A stretch of 64,000 nucleotides of DNA from NCBI GenBank assembly GCA_951406725.2, contig OX597814.1:148304001-148368000 (forward strand), read 5' to 3'. The DNA is from Octopus vulgaris (lineage: Eukaryota). This document shows positions 61,391-64,000 of the stretch, piece by piece. Within the stretch, counting starts at the first letter, position 1; each line of letters opens with the position of its first letter. The notes beneath the pieces are model-generated. The model ran no database searches and was not told the DNA's origin. It saw only the letters and a program-made list of their open reading frames with translations. The translations under genes and the position numbers were made by a program.

Positions 61391-64000
61391 TTTGCCCCGT
61401 CCCAGTCCCCACATTAAACCCAAACTGAAATTTTCTGTAGCTGCTACATCAGGAACAGAAACAGCTACAAGGTGCAACCCTGTCTCACTCAGCGATGAAG
61501 AATTTGAAACTTATTGTAATTTTATAATGTGTTATATTTTTTATTTTTATAGTTCTATTGAGATTGAAATATTTTTACTTGCTTTCCACTGCAAACTATC
61601 AGAAGCACTATGTTAACCTAGCCAGCCCTTTATACTACACGTACCACCTCATATTTATTTCAAAAAAACAACACTTTAATACGTTTGGAGTAACTTATAG
61701 CCGAGCTTTAGGCAAAACTTACGTTGAAATCGCAGTTTAATCATTCTACATTATTCTTCACTCTTGTCTATTATTAAATAAAATGATTTATCGGAACAAT
61801 AATGCTATTATACGCGCCCTATTTAACTTATGTATATGTAAGTACGTTTTTTTAGATCTCAACTCAGAAATGCTAAAGTCATACTAGGAAAAGACGTCAA
61901 ACTTACTTTTAGTATGGCATTAATAATAACTGAATTAATAAAAATTTCTCCTGCCATATGGGAACGTTTATTTTTCTTATAATGGTCCACGCAATATCGA
62001 TTTTATTAGTGTAAAATTACAACGTACCAGTTTACACTTGTCATATTGGCATAGCTATACCCATATACAATCAAATTTCGATTCAGATTTTATTCTTGTC
62101 CATTCAGTCTTCCAGTTCATTTTGCTATGAGAAAGTTTAGCAGCTGAAATAACTTTAATATAATAATCACCTCAACTATATCTATCCTAATTAGCTTACC
62201 GACAAATCTCAAGCAGTCTCATAAGTTTTATGGCGTTATGGAGGAGGGAAAAAGTAACGATTCGGTGATGAAGTGTCGACAGGTGCATTTCCTTCTCAAT
62301 AGCTCTTCATCTTCCCTTCCATGTCTATCAAATCTTCCAGTGTTTATTTAATGTCCTACATGCTCTGATCCCTACCCAATGGCTTCACTAACAATTTTAA
62401 CCCTTTCTCCGATCTCAGACAAAGATTACATTTTTTCGTACATATTTTTCACATTGCAATCTTTGCATTTCTTGTTTGAAGAAGAACGTCACAGATGTGC
62501 TCAGAATCGGCTATTAATAACAGAAGGTTATACAACAAACGCTTCAAATAAGCAACTATCACAATACACTAAAAGGAAAGAAATTCGGACAAATAACCCA
62601 TACATTTTCAGTGTAATATCCTGATATTTCTTGAATTATAAACCACAAAGTAAATGCACATTATTCTCAGTACCACAGAATTAAATGTAGATGGTGCGTC
62701 ACTGCATAAATCTTAGAGAAACCATCACACTGAATTCTGCTTTAAATTGTAGCGATTCATCTATTTGCTATTTATCTATAATTCGGTGTTTGGATAATAC
62801 ATTCTGAATATACATGAAACAACGTCAAGACGTCATAATACCTAATAGACTGAACAGACATTCATTACACAGTCCGATATAATTACACACAAAAACATTG
62901 TATATTTGCATAATTTACACTACCTCTCATGTCGCTGTATATGCAGAATCGATAAACTGTAATTAAATATCAGTACGGTATTAAAAGATTTCGCGGTAGT
63001 TTCTGAATCTAAACCATGGTAGTGTTGGCTGTATATACCGTATATCTTCTGATTGGCAAATACAGCAAAATGTCTTCCAGTAAACCACCAGAATTCATAC
63101 ACATGATTTTGTGACCGTTTGAAAATGAAATTGTTTCATGAACTAAACTAGATTAGCATGTAGACGGCTAGAAATTCTACAGGCACGTGTACCTATAATG
63201 GAAAAATCCGAAGTAATATGAGTGTTACACAATGCATGGCAAGGTTTGATATTTTGAATTATAATTGCACTCTATGCGCCAGAAATCTATTTACCCTCTA
63301 GCAGGTTTTATTCATAAATCTTATATCAACTCGCACCAGGTATCTTTGAATCGATGTTAGTAACTATATTTTTTATTTCCATAAAAATTAATGTCCATTT
63401 CTCCGCTTAGTAGAAATATATATATAAACTACCTCATACCATTCATTTTATTACCCTAAAGGCATGACACCTGAGATAATTTTGCTCTGTGAATCTTATA
63501 TTCACCTAAATGTTAAGAGTTTTAAAGAGAGATTGCTTTTGGTAAGTCTGTGCGACGTGGGTTGAAATTGGATTGAACAGCAACAAAGACAATCAATTTA
63601 CGCTGGACTATTTGTTAAAAAAGCTGCCAAAACATTCTTAAAATTAACGACAGTCAAAATTAAAAATGAATAAATAAAAATATCTGCTTTTCTCCTTGTC
63701 AGTAATAAAAGAAAATATATCCTAATCAAGATTCATAAAATATTTGATTTATTCATTTAAACATATAAATATTCATACAACGCAAATCATTTCCCAATAA
63801 ATAAGAAATCAGTTTTAACACAGTACAGAAATAAACATATTTAGCAATATTTACAATTGACAAGCTACTACCCATATTCAGTTTATTCATTAGGACATAC
63901 ATGTAGAAATTCCTAATTAACAATAAATCAGTTTTAGCAAATAATAAATTTTATAAAAAATACATACAACCCTATGACTCGCCTTCACATCCTCCACTTT

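Overview
AT-rich, microsatellite-dense animal genomic DNA with no recognisable host gene. The SINE families and repeat landscape suggest a cephalopod, probably Octopus (inference). Recognisable coding content is all transposon-derived. (1) A full-length but frameshifted 5.4-kb Tx1/L1-clade LINE (11269-16659, minus) inserted with a target-site duplication (TSD) into the tRNA-like head of a SINE. (2) A 5'-truncated CR1-group LINE with an uninterrupted 900-aa APE-RT ORF (37261-40050). (3) A 5'-truncated Penelope-like element (PLE; RT YLDD + GIY-YIG) between (TA)n tracts (48354-50492). (4) Gypsy, RTE, hAT and CR1-like relics. Two patterns stand out. First, a multimeric Nin/Deu-type SINE carries the same 3' tail sequence and terminal hairpin as the Tx1 LINE and restarts at two fixed sites in its own head, which suggests a SINE-targeting LINE/SINE pair. 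Second, many short fold-back elements carry hammerhead-ribozyme (HHR) motifs. Their asymmetric arms and TSDs or (TA)n flanks look like twin-primed Penelope pLTR insertions. Nearly all other ORFs in the track are microsatellite read-throughs or antisense shadows. All alignments were made by eye; no database searches were run.
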